From Patescibacteria group bacterium (GTDB lineage: Bacteria; Patescibacteriota; Minisyncoccia; Phycocordibacterales; Phycocordibacteraceae): a stretch of DNA of 64,000 nt. The stretch covers positions 16,048-80,047 of the forward strand of contig JBBUDY010000047.1 of assembly GCA_038057055.1 (NCBI GenBank). Reading direction: 5' to 3'. This document shows, piece after piece, positions 10,302-19,728 of the stretch (position 1 is the first letter of the stretch; every line of letters begins with the position of its first letter). A program made the translations under genes and the position numbers. The notes beneath the pieces were generated by a model. The model had not been told where the DNA came from. It saw nothing but the letters and a program-made list of their open reading frames with translations, and did no database searches.

Positions 10302-10745
10302 CTATTGTGGTGGTAATTGCTCGTTTTTCCTCCACACAAAGAGGAGATAGAGGGTATAATTCCATACGAATCCGAGGACGATACCGGCTGCATACGCGGC
10401 ATGGATAAGAACAAGATTACTTGTCTGATGCTCGGCGATGAATACAAAAAGCCATTGCAGAAAGACCGAACCGCTTACGACAAGATGGAAGCGCACGAGG
10501 CGCGACACAAGCGAGATATTGTGTCGTCGATCGTGGAATGAAAAACGATTGTTAAGATAAAAATTCGTCAAAATACCGGTTTCCGCGGCCACCACTACGG
10601 CGGTACTAAGAGAGAATATCTGCAAAAGTGGCCCAAGGATTTCAAAAGCTATTGTTTGTACAACAATTGCGACGACGCCAACCAAGAGGCTGCGTACAAG
10701 GCGCAAGCTCGCCATTTTTTTAGAGAACTGCAATACGACATCCAT
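10302..10745 (-). CDS. GtrA family lipid-linked sugar flippase
   Basis: 147 aa with four hydrophobic segments, NFYLNNRFSF and WNY...FVW. Confidence 0.85.
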   Translation of the reverse strand: MDVVLQFSKKMASLRLVRSLLVGVVAIVVQTIAFEILGPLLQIFSLSTAVVVAAETGILTNFYLNNRFSFHDRRHNISLVSRLVRFHLVVSGSVFLQWLFVFIAEHQTSNLVLIHAAYAAGIVLGFVWNYTLYLLFVWRKNEQLPPQ

Positions 10746-10785
10746 TGTCCTGTACTATAGCGCACCCATATCGTAAGATATAGCA

Positions 10786-12150
10786 ATGGCATTTTTGCGG
10801 TCGCACAAAGTAGAAATCGCTATTTTTGTACTCGCGCTTGTCGTCCGCAGCCTATATTTTGGTGTGAGCCTTGAGTCTCGCGGAGGGGACACGATGGCGA
10901 CCATTTCTGGGGCAGATGGGTACACGACCATCAGTCGCAATGTGCTGGTCGGCAATGGGTACTCAAGCGATATACAACCGCCGTATACACCCAATTCTAT
11001 TCGACCACCGGTGTATCCGTATTTTCTCGTAGCCACATATCTTTTGTTCCATAGCTATATAAGCACGCTCGTGTTCCAAATTCTCATCGGGAGTATCTTG
11101 CCGCTCATCGGTATGGCGATTGCGGGTTACATCATCAATAAGCGTTCAGTGAGTATTGCCGTTGGCGTTTTGATGGCACTGGAGCCGTTCTCAATTCTCT
11201 TCTCGATATTTTTCTACAGCGAAACAATCTTCATGTTCCTATTCTCACTAAGTGTATTGCATCTCTTCCAATTTCTTAAGGAGGAAAGAATAATTCCACT
11301 CATTCTTTCTTCATCGCTGCTCGGACTTTCCATGTTAACGAAACCAACCGCACAATATGTCCCGATTATTTTTGTAGGCTTTATAGTATGGCACTATCGG
11401 ACGAAACTCTCCCAAGCACTTATCTATAGTGCGGGATACGCACTTATTTGTCTCCTTGTCGTTTCTCCATGGTTGTATAGGAATTATCACGAATTTGGTG
11501 TAGCGGGAATTAGTGCTCAACAGGGTTCCACGCTTTACACCATTCTTGTTCCGTCGATGCTGGCGATAAAAAATGGAACAACTTTCCAACAGGAGTTCAA
11601 TATCATTCTTGCACAAGGTGGTACCGATCCAAACAGCACGAGCATTTCTCAGTCTGCCGAATTCACCCACAAGGCCATTCCGATACTACTCGCCAACCCA
11701 TTGCCGCTTACACTCACGTTCGCCAATACAGGACTCAATTTTTTCATCCACGACGGTATGTATGACGTCTTGAAACATGTTGGGGTTAAGCCCACGACAT
11801 TTCTTGGAAAGCCCGCTCTCTTTCTGCTCTTCTCGGACCCCGGCAAATTGTTCTCCTATATCGGTAACGTCCTCTTTCAACCCCTCATCCTTATTCTTGT
11901 GGGACGTCTTGCGTGGATACTCATAACACTCTTATTTATTGCGGGTGTTGTGCGCGCATTCCGTGGGCAACAGATGACTATATACAAAACAATAGCGCTC
12001 ACACTTGTTGTATATTTTATGTTGGTGGCGCTTACTATCGGCCTTGCCGTTAACGCACGCTACCGCATGCCAATCAACTTACTCGTTTTTACTTTTGCCG
12101 TAAGTGAGGTGGTGATACTCGCACAATGGATACGTTTACGCCGCATATGA
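10786..12150 (+). CDS. GT-C membrane glycosyltransferase (ArnT/PMT-like)
   Basis: Polytopic; DGY, RPPVYPYFL, SETIF, LTKP, PWLYRNY, ARYRMP. Confidence 0.75.
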   Translation: MAFLRSHKVEIAIFVLALVVRSLYFGVSLESRGGDTMATISGADGYTTISRNVLVGNGYSSDIQPPYTPNSIRPPVYPYFLVATYLLFHSYISTLVFQILIGSILPLIGMAIAGYIINKRSVSIAVGVLMALEPFSILFSIFFYSETIFMFLFSLSVLHLFQFLKEERIIPLILSSSLLGLSMLTKPTAQYVPIIFVGFIVWHYRTKLSQALIYSAGYALICLLVVSPWLYRNYHEFGVAGISAQQGSTLYTILVPSMLAIKNGTTFQQEFNIILAQGGTDPNSTSISQSAEFTHKAIPILLANPLPLTLTFANTGLNFFIHDGMYDVLKHVGVKPTTFLGKPALFLLFSDPGKLFSYIGNVLFQPLILILVGRLAWILITLLFIAGVVRAFRGQQMTIYKTIALTLVVYFMLVALTIGLAVNARYRMPINLLVFTFAVSEVVILAQWIRLRRI

Positions 12151-12839
12151 CAAATAGAAAAATATCGGTCGTTGTCCCTTGTTACAACGAAGAACAGACA
12201 GTCGCGGAACTTCTCAACCGCCTTCAAGCTGCGCCGACGCCCGGGTGGGAAAAAGAAATAATCGTTGTTGATGATGCATCACGTGATGGGACACGCGATA
12301 TTTTAAAACAATACGAACAGACGATGCACGTTCTCTATTGCGAGAAGAATGGAGGGAAGGGCACGGCAGTGCGTCGTGGTGTAGAACAGGCGACGGGGGA
12401 CTATGTGCTCATTCAAGATGCCGATCTTGAATATGACCCGGCTGATATACAGAATCTGCTCGCAATCATTGAGGCAGGTACGGCAGAGGTGGTATACGGC
12501 TCTCGCAATCTAAGTCCGCGGACACGACGAGGAGGTTTTATACCGCGTCTCGGTGTCTGGTTCATCACGCAACTTATCAATACGCTCTACCGGTTATCAC
12601 TCACTGATGTATGGACCTGCTATAAGCTTTTCCCGCGGGAAGCAGTCGGCGACTTGGTCGCTGGACGTTTTGAGTCTGAATTACTTTTCACCGCAGCGCT
12701 TGCGCGCCGCAAGTATCGCTTCGCTGAAGCACCCATATCTTATGCTCCTCGCCCCATTGCCGAAGGGAAGAAAATTCGCTATCGAGATGGATTTTACGCA
12801 ATTTTTATAATCATAGTGGACTGGGTAAGGCATCTATGA
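12147..12839 (+). CDS. GT2 polyprenol-phosphate glycosyltransferase (DPM1/GtrB-like)
   Basis: VVPCYNEE, VDDASRDGT, NGGKG, IQDADLEYDP, VYGSR, EGKKI. Confidence 0.88.
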   Translation: MTNRKISVVVPCYNEEQTVAELLNRLQAAPTPGWEKEIIVVDDASRDGTRDILKQYEQTMHVLYCEKNGGKGTAVRRGVEQATGDYVLIQDADLEYDPADIQNLLAIIEAGTAEVVYGSRNLSPRTRRGGFIPRLGVWFITQLINTLYRLSLTDVWTCYKLFPREAVGDLVAGRFESELLFTAALARRKYRFAEAPISYAPRPIAEGKKIRYRDGFYAIFIIIVDWVRHL

Positions 12840-13972
12840 GGCTCTATTACATCGCAAATGCCCGTATGCCGAATGAAAAAGGGCATGGTATCCAGATTGC
12901 TGAAATGTGTGATGCCTTTATTAAGGCGGGTGTAGACCTCACGCTCGTTGTACCGGAGCGGAGCGTTACGCAGGAAGATATGAAAACGTTCTACGCGCTG
13001 CAACAGCCGGTGCCGCTCGTGCAATTATGGATTCCGAAACTCTTTGTGTTTGGGAAATTTGGTTTTTTCATGAGCTCGCTGTTCTTTATGATGTGTTATT
13101 CGTTCTTCCTTGTGGGGAGACGCATGCGGGGAGAGCGTTTTTTCATCTATACGATAGATATGGATGGATTCTCCAGTACCCTCCTTCCTTTTTTTGGGCC
13201 ATGCGTTACCGAAATGCACACACCGAAGAAAATGTCTTTAGCACAAAAGATCTTCTTCAGTCGATTGCGAGGCGTGATTGCCACGACCACTCTCACAAGA
13301 GATTCATTGGTCAAGACTTTTTCGTTCCCACACAAGAACTGCATCGTAGAACCAAATGGGGTCGATGTGGGGAGATTTGCTGCTCCCCTGTCGAAAGAAA
13401 ATGCTCGTCGCCGGCTCTCGCTCCCACTGTCGAGCAAGTTTGCATTTTATGTGGGCAGATTTTACGAATGGAAAGGGTTGGATATTCTCCCGGCTGCATG
13501 TCGAGAACTCCTCTCTAAGGACATTGAATGTTATGTCGTTGGAGGCACCGAACAACAGTTCAAAGAGGTTACGAGTGAGAACATCCCAGATAATTTGCAC
13601 ATTATGGGGGCAAAAAGCCCCACAGAAACGCCTCTGTGGCTTGCGGCGTGTGATACAGCCCTGGTATTAGGAACCGCACGTAATGACGCCTCATTCCGTT
13701 TTACCTCCCCTATGAAATTGTTTGAGTATATGGCGGCACGGGTTCCTATTGTGGCGAGTGACACCCCCGCCCTACAAGACGTACTCACGACACAAGAAAC
13801 GTTTTTCTATGAGCATGATAATGCAGCTTCACTTGCGGAGAAAATAATTGAGTCAATCAACAATACGGAAGAAACTACTCTACACATCGAGCGTGCCTAC
13901 ACCAAAGTACAACATCACACACTCCAAGCGCGCGCGGCACGCATTCTCGATTTTATCGAAGCGGTCAAATAA
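12836..13972 (+). CDS. Glycosyltransferase family 4
   Basis: EPNGVD, YVGRFYEWKG, TSPMKLFEYMAARVPIVASD. Confidence 0.9.
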   Translation: MRLYYIANARMPNEKGHGIQIAEMCDAFIKAGVDLTLVVPERSVTQEDMKTFYALQQPVPLVQLWIPKLFVFGKFGFFMSSLFFMMCYSFFLVGRRMRGERFFIYTIDMDGFSSTLLPFFGPCVTEMHTPKKMSLAQKIFFSRLRGVIATTTLTRDSLVKTFSFPHKNCIVEPNGVDVGRFAAPLSKENARRRLSLPLSSKFAFYVGRFYEWKGLDILPAACRELLSKDIECYVVGGTEQQFKEVTSENIPDNLHIMGAKSPTETPLWLAACDTALVLGTARNDASFRFTSPMKLFEYMAARVPIVASDTPALQDVLTTQETFFYEHDNAASLAEKIIESINNTEETTLHIERAYTKVQHHTLQARAARILDFIEAVK

Positions 13973-13973
13973 T

Positions 13974-14984
13974 ATGTACATAAGAAAAGCCCTCACGTTC
14001 CGTGCTTCCTCGATTGGCGATTGTTTGATGGGGAAGTATTTGCTTGAAAATATCCATCAGCAATTCCCGAATGCTCGCCTTGGTATCGTCGTAGGAAGCC
14101 GAGCGGGTATGATACGTGATTTATGTGCGGCCTACCCGTGGCTTCTCGTGATTGAAGCAAATCGTCGCAGCCCGAAATCACTCATCTCATTGTGGAAAGA
14201 TTTCCATGGGAGCGATTTAGTCGTGACCCAATATGCAGGAAAACCGGGTGGACGTTTCTCTCTCTGGAGCAAGCTTTTTGCGCGATTACTTGCGAAGAAA
14301 GGAGGACTGATCGGGTTCAGTGATGCGTCAAAGATGAATGGATTTTTGTATGACACGTTACTTCCGTTTTCGAGAAGTGCTACTCCTGCATCCGCCGAAC
14401 GGGAGGCACTCCGTGCCGCGGATATTCCACGTGCGCTAGAGTGGCCAATCCTACAAGGGGGAAAAACACAGGACGCCACATCGAAATTCGACGATATCTC
14501 GGGGAATTATATTGTGGTGCATCTTTTCGCTGGTAATAAAAGTCGGGGACTGCATCCAAATAAGAAACGCGAATTACTTGAGGCGCTTACGAAAAGATTT
14601 CCTGGCACTTCTTTAGTCATAAGCGGGGGAGCCGGTGATGCAGAAGAAGCAGTGCAGATAGCAGGGGGGTTACCGACGACGGTTATTGCAGGTGAAGCAA
14701 CCCTGCAAGAGCTTATGTCCATCATCAATAGAAGTCGCGGTGTTGTGAGTATTGATACAGGTGTTGCCCATATCACTGCGCAGCTAAGGAAGCCACTCGT
14801 GGTGCTTACCGGCTGTCTGGGGGCGCATTGGTGGGAAATCGAGCAATATGGGGCCGGTGCACCCATTACGGTCTGCTCCCGTGCTGACCTTTGCGCCCGC
14901 GGGCATGTGTCTAAAGACTACCCGGATTGCCTCAATGAAATAGCTGTGTCCGACGTTGTGAACGCCGTCGTACCGTTAGTTTAA
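13974..14984 (+). CDS. Glycosyltransferase family 9 (heptosyltransferase-like)
   Basis: SSIGDCLM, IAGEATLQEL, VSIDTGVAHITA, CLNEI. Confidence 0.85.
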   Translation: MYIRKALTFRASSIGDCLMGKYLLENIHQQFPNARLGIVVGSRAGMIRDLCAAYPWLLVIEANRRSPKSLISLWKDFHGSDLVVTQYAGKPGGRFSLWSKLFARLLAKKGGLIGFSDASKMNGFLYDTLLPFSRSATPASAEREALRAADIPRALEWPILQGGKTQDATSKFDDISGNYIVVHLFAGNKSRGLHPNKKRELLEALTKRFPGTSLVISGGAGDAEEAVQIAGGLPTTVIAGEATLQELMSIINRSRGVVSIDTGVAHITAQLRKPLVVLTGCLGAHWWEIEQYGAGAPITVCSRADLCARGHVSKDYPDCLNEIAVSDVVNAVVPLV

Positions 14985-15877
14985 AACGCAAAAGTTGCAT
15001 ACTTATTCTCAAAGTATGTAGCCGTGTCCTGATAGTATTCCCAGTCCAAAGGTTCGTTTGATACGACGATATGAGGAATATTACCGAACCACGCGGCAAG
15101 ATTGCTGAAGGTTGAGTTGGTACCAATGACGACACTACATTTTGAAAGCAAAAAGAGATTAGTTGCCTCGTGTTCTTTGGAGAAATGAGTTTTGAGATCT
15201 CCAAATACAGAGGGCGATAGTGCGTTATCAGAGACGACGAGAAGCGCCACATCAGTGCGACGCAATTTTTTCTCGCGTATATATTCCTCTACAATATGCT
15301 GTGTGCGTTCTGGGGAGACAAGGAACTCGCCATTGTCGCACCAAGGATATGGCTTTTGTTTGATGTGGACGCCAATAAGAGTATGTTTCTTCTGAAGAGG
15401 TGACACGATGTGTTCTATGGTTTTCTGTATTTTTTGCACCGGAGCAAACGCGGTTATCAATTCATTTCGGTAGCGCGTGAGGCCGACCGGATTTCTGAAG
15501 AACCATCCAAAGAAGTAGGTTGTGGTGCACGTCTCTGTCTTTTCAGTGGGCGGCCTTGTTGGCGGAAGGTAGTGGTATTCGCTCAATGCGAGAAGGGAAC
15601 ATGCGGCGTGTGAACGAATCATATAACTAGCGTAAAGCGAATATACTCTTCCCCAGAGACGATTTAAAAAGCTTCCGGTCCACTTGGACAGAACAGAGAG
15701 GAGTCGTGTTGCACGTGTCTCTTCTTTGAGAAGAGTGAAGAATGGGTGTCGTTCGAAGAATGAAGGATTCGATACTGTTGCGCCAGTAGCGAGACCGCAG
15801 GCATAGACGCTCAAGTAGTTCAAAAGCTCATTTGCGAGTTCTTTGCACCCAGGTTTTATGATGACAAGTCTCCTCAT
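14981..15877 (-). CDS. Alpha-1,2-fucosyltransferase-like (GT11-like) protein
   Basis: LANEL N-terminal motif, IGVHIK (HxR variant), VVSD, LLSKCSVVIGTNSTFSNLAAWFG. Confidence 0.6.
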   Translation of the reverse strand: MRRLVIIKPGCKELANELLNYLSVYACGLATGATVSNPSFFERHPFFTLLKEETRATRLLSVLSKWTGSFLNRLWGRVYSLYASYMIRSHAACSLLALSEYHYLPPTRPPTEKTETCTTTYFFGWFFRNPVGLTRYRNELITAFAPVQKIQKTIEHIVSPLQKKHTLIGVHIKQKPYPWCDNGEFLVSPERTQHIVEEYIREKKLRRTDVALLVVSDNALSPSVFGDLKTHFSKEHEATNLFLLSKCSVVIGTNSTFSNLAAWFGNIPHIVVSNEPLDWEYYQDTATYFENKYATFAF

Positions 15878-16584
15878 AGTGGTTGCGAAAGCTCAATCCA
15901 GGGCTTCTTAAGCATGGGGAGGGCCCAGAGCGGCGTCGTGCGTGCATACCGGTGCATATAGAGGAGTTGAGCAGTGTTTGTGTACGGGAGACACTCGATG
16001 AGATTCATAAAAGATGAGTCAATGACGTGTATTCCGGCAGCACGTTCTATTGCTGTGCAATAATCAAAAATGTTATCAGTGAGGTCCCTATTCGGTCGAA
16101 ATAGTTTGAGCGCGGGTGAAATCCGCGCAAGGTTAAGCGGGTAACGTGCATCGTCGTGGACGAACAAATACGGCTGCGACAGGCCGGCTTTTTGAAATAG
16201 AGCCTCTTCCTTCACACGGTCTCTTCCAACAAAGAAGCTTTCCCATTTTTTCTCTAGGGGAACATCGAATGTTTTATACACTTGACGTTCAAATCTAATC
16301 CCAGATTCTTGATCATAGGAGTCAATCGCCCGCACCTCGTCATAGTGGTTACGACCGATTCTGAACGGATTGAAAAATCGGAAGCGGTATCGCTCTTTGT
16401 GTGACCGCACCACGTGTATACGGAGATTGGTAAGGTCGCGGTACATGAATAAAACTGAAGGATAATTGCGCTCGAGACAAAAAATGCCAACAACTGCGTA
16501 TTTCTTACAACACTCCCGGACGAGACCGTTACAAATTACCTCATCGCCCATTCCGTGATGGAAATCAAGTAACATGCTCGACAT
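15874..16584 (-). CDS. Putative glycosyltransferase-like hypothetical protein
   Basis: HHGMGDEVICNGLVR, FVHDD, IHVIDSSF resemble GT-B donor-binding motifs; sits in a glycan locus. Confidence 0.5.
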   Translation of the reverse strand: MSSMLLDFHHGMGDEVICNGLVRECCKKYAVVGIFCLERNYPSVLFMYRDLTNLRIHVVRSHKERYRFRFFNPFRIGRNHYDEVRAIDSYDQESGIRFERQVYKTFDVPLEKKWESFFVGRDRVKEEALFQKAGLSQPYLFVHDDARYPLNLARISPALKLFRPNRDLTDNIFDYCTAIERAAGIHVIDSSFMNLIECLPYTNTAQLLYMHRYARTTPLWALPMLKKPWIELSQPL

Positions 16585-16603
16585 ACGGGTGATAATACTA
16601 CTA

Positions 16604-17173
16604 TTACTTGACGAGCGTAATCTCTATATTTCGTGCAGGGAAAAGATAACAGAATCCCGTCATTTCATAGAGTTCCTGATACCGAGGTTTGCGGTTCACT
16701 AGATACTCAACGAGCCGATTGTAGAAAAAGAGACGAGATGAAGTGTAATCAAAATCAATACGCACCGAAGCAATGGTACTAAATGCAAAATCAAAGTAAT
16801 ACCCCCGCTTTCTCCCCATATGCGTTCCGCGGACGAAGAAATCAAAAGTGCTGACACAGAAACGTTTTTTGTGTGTCGGGTCGCCGTAATTGTTACGCGA
16901 AGTGAAATGGGGGACACGGATATGGACGGCACCCCCGGGAGCAAGTATGCGTAAAATATCTTTTAAAACGGGAATGTATTCAACATGTTCCAAAATATCG
17001 TTACACAAAACTTCATCAAAACTATTATCCGCAAAGGGTAACGGAAGGTTCTCGATATCGTGCACAATATCAACACCGGGCAGAGGGGCAGAGTCTAGAT
17101 TGACCCATCCTTCCTTGATATGCGTTCCGCATCCAAGGTTTAGTTTCTGCAACACAGGAGAAGATGATTTCAT
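16604..17173 (-). CDS. SAM-dependent methyltransferase (type 11-like)
   Basis: LNLGCG, GWVNLD, DILEH, LAPGG, VPHF...DPTH. Confidence 0.85.
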   Translation of the reverse strand: MKSSSPVLQKLNLGCGTHIKEGWVNLDSAPLPGVDIVHDIENLPLPFADNSFDEVLCNDILEHVEYIPVLKDILRILAPGGAVHIRVPHFTSRNNYGDPTHKKRFCVSTFDFFVRGTHMGRKRGYYFDFAFSTIASVRIDFDYTSSRLFFYNRLVEYLVNRKPRYQELYEMTGFCYLFPARNIEITLVK

Positions 17174-17234
17174 TGTGGCGTGAGACAATCTGGACACCGC
17201 TCTATAGTACTATAGTATGGGTGTCATATCATCT

Positions 17235-17978
17235 ATGAAGAAAATCCTCGTTATCGGTGAGAGTTGCAAGGACGTATTCATCTACTGTAATGCAGACCGC
17301 CTCGCCCCCGATTTGCCGGTTCCAGTGTTGACCATCATTGAGCAAAAGGAGAACCCCGGGATGGCAGCGAACGTGGAGCAGAACATAAAGAGCCTTTTTC
17401 CACATGTCGATTTGTGTACCAACGACGGCTGGGAAAAGGGCACCAAGACGCGCTATATGCATCAGTCCACCAACCATATATTTATCCGTGTGGACACAAA
17501 TAATCGCATTCCACGAGTAGCGATACAGAACGTCCCTCTCTCGCAGTATGACGCCATTGCCATCTCTGATTACAACAAAGGCTTCTTGACCGAGGAAGAT
17601 ATTCAATACGTATGCGAACATCACAATCTCGTTTTTATTGATACGAAAAAAGTATTGGGCGATTGGGTAGCAAAGGCGAAGTATATAAAGATAAATAACA
17701 AAGAGTACGAACTCTCAAAGCCATACATCTCGCCTGCGATACAGAGCAAGATTATTTATACGAAAGGGGAGCAAGGAGCTTTCTTCAACAGGAAGAATTA
17801 TCCTGTCCACAAGAAAGTGGAAGTGAGAGATCTCACGGGGGCGGGGGACACTTTCTTCGCCGCGCTAATTGTGAAATATGTTGAGACAGGAGATATCGAG
17901 CAATCAATCGTCTTTGCAAATGAATGTGCCGCTGAAGTAGTGAAGCACAAGGGAGTAACGGTAATACAGAAGAGTTAA
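17235..17978 (+). CDS. PfkB-family sugar kinase, HldE/RfaE domain I-like
   Basis: ILVIGESCKD, RLAPDLPVPV, PGMAANV, KTRY, ISDYNKGFL, VRDLTGAGDTF; alternative start 17217. Confidence 0.8.
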   Translation: MKKILVIGESCKDVFIYCNADRLAPDLPVPVLTIIEQKENPGMAANVEQNIKSLFPHVDLCTNDGWEKGTKTRYMHQSTNHIFIRVDTNNRIPRVAIQNVPLSQYDAIAISDYNKGFLTEEDIQYVCEHHNLVFIDTKKVLGDWVAKAKYIKINNKEYELSKPYISPAIQSKIIYTKGEQGAFFNRKNYPVHKKVEVRDLTGAGDTFFAALIVKYVETGDIEQSIVFANECAAEVVKHKGVTVIQKS

Positions 17979-18364
17979 GATTTCTTTTGGCCGTTGCGCT
18001 GACTATCACCTTTGCCGATACGGTAGGAGTCTGCTTCGTCGTGCGGGGTAGAGACCTCTATAACAATCGAAGCTTCAAGTGCGTGAAGCTGGTGGGGCTT
18101 TGTCGGCGGAATATGCACCACGTCCCCTTTTTTAAGGATGGTAACTTTCTTTTCGGCATTCGTAAGGTTGTAATGGCGTAATTCAAGCTTGCCTTCGAGC
18201 ACATACCACGTCTCGTCTTTGTTCACATGAAAATGATCACTAAAGAGAGCCCCTTTGTTGAATGTGAGGAGCTTACCGCAATACTGATTGGTATTGATAA
18301 TCCAAATTTCTTCCCCCCAACCTTTCGGGTGCTTTTCAGGTTTCAATATTCGTATGTCTGCCAT
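17975..18364 (-). CDS. Cupin domain protein (sugar isomerase-like)
   Basis: KGWGEEIWI, YCGKLL, FSDHFHVNKDETWYVLEG, HIPP..PHQL, EVSTPH. Confidence 0.8.
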   Translation of the reverse strand: MADIRILKPEKHPKGWGEEIWIINTNQYCGKLLTFNKGALFSDHFHVNKDETWYVLEGKLELRHYNLTNAEKKVTILKKGDVVHIPPTKPHQLHALEASIVIEVSTPHDEADSYRIGKGDSQRNGQKKS

Positions 18365-18405
18365 ATAATGGCAGAATATCATACCGCAGTATATAATTCC
18401 CCTCT

Positions 18406-19452
18406 ATGACCATTCATTTTTATACCAAAGGAGATTTGAAGATTGGGGACTCTCGTCAGAGAGCGTTCCGTATTGCAGATGAATTGAATGCTCGTGGAAT
18501 CGCTTCAGTTGTGCATGGGCCGCCCGTGGTGTCTCTGTCAACTACCCCATGGCCGAAGAAGTTCTCGCTTATCGTCGCAATCATCCGTTCGCTCTTTTCG
18601 ATAAAGAAAGGGGATATTGTTTTCTTACAGCGGGCCATCTCAAATAAGTATTTCTTCGTCATTATGGTGGTCTACTTGACTCTTTTCCGCCGGAAGATGA
18701 TTTTTGATTTCGACGACGCTATTTATATGCATGATTTTTATAAAACGAAGAAACTTACGCAAATGGCTGATGCGGTTTTCGTGTGCAGTCGAGCACTCGA
18801 GAAGTGGGTACGGCAATACAATCAGAATGTATACATCTTCCATACGACCGTGAAGCTTGCAGAGTACGCGAAATTCACCAAGGATTATTCAAAAGATTCG
18901 AGCCCAATCATTATCGGATGGGTTGGTACGGCGAAGGATCATTACAAAAACCTTGGACTTCTTGCAGAGGTGTTTAAGAAATTACTCACACAAACAACCG
19001 TTCCCTTTAAGTTTGTGCTCGTCGGCATGTGGGGATATACAAAAATCAAAGAGTTATTTGAGCCTATCACAGGCCTCAATATTGAATTCATTGATTATTT
19101 ACCGCCGACGAAGATGATGGAGACAATACAAAGCTTTGATATCGGGGTGAATCCGCTCTTGGAAAAAGGCGAATGGAATATGTCACGGTCCTCTTATAAG
19201 CCCTACGAATATATGGCATGCGGGCTAGCGCAGATAACGAGCGCTGTGGGTGAAATAACCTATGTGGTGCACGACGATGTGGATGGGTACCTCGCCGATA
19301 GTGTGGATGAGTGGGTTGAGAAGCTAAAAAAGCTGATAGAGAGCCGCGAATTACGTGCCAGGCTTGGCAGGGGTGGGCAAGAGAATATCCGCAGGGAAGA
19401 AGCATATGAAGTAATGATGCCTCGGATGGTAGACATTATAACGAAACTCTAA
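18406..19452 (+). CDS. Glycosyltransferase family 4
   Basis: FDFDDAIY, IGWVGT, FDIGVNPL, KPYEYMACG, SAVG, DGYLA. Confidence 0.88.
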   Translation: MTIHFYTKGDLKIGDSRQRAFRIADELNARGIASVVHGPPVVSLSTTPWPKKFSLIVAIIRSLFSIKKGDIVFLQRAISNKYFFVIMVVYLTLFRRKMIFDFDDAIYMHDFYKTKKLTQMADAVFVCSRALEKWVRQYNQNVYIFHTTVKLAEYAKFTKDYSKDSSPIIIGWVGTAKDHYKNLGLLAEVFKKLLTQTTVPFKFVLVGMWGYTKIKELFEPITGLNIEFIDYLPPTKMMETIQSFDIGVNPLLEKGEWNMSRSSYKPYEYMACGLAQITSAVGEITYVVHDDVDGYLADSVDEWVEKLKKLIESRELRARLGRGGQENIRREEAYEVMMPRMVDIITKL

Positions 19453-19458
19453 AAACAC

Positions 19459-19728
19459 ATGAATCTCACCCCTCTCGAATACATCCTGATTGTTTCAACG
19501 CTCCTAGAGTTTAATCCATTGTTTCAGGCAATAAAAAGCGTTAGAACAAAGAGCGTGGAAGGCGTATCACTGTATACGTTTTTATCCATCAGCATCATAG
19601 GAACGTTGTGGCTCATATACGGCATCTCTATTCAAAATCTACCGTTGATTATTGGCAACGTCATAAAGTTATTTACCGCTCTCTGTGTGGTGTTTATCTA
19701 TTTTAAATACCGAGCGTCTAGTATTTGA
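19459..19728 (+). CDS. SemiSWEET / PQ-loop family small transporter
   Basis: 89 aa, three TMs, Q-AIKSVRTKSVEGVS, LWLIYG, PLIIGN. Confidence 0.75.
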   Translation: MNLTPLEYILIVSTLLEFNPLFQAIKSVRTKSVEGVSLYTFLSISIIGTLWLIYGISIQNLPLIIGNVIKLFTALCVVFIYFKYRASSI

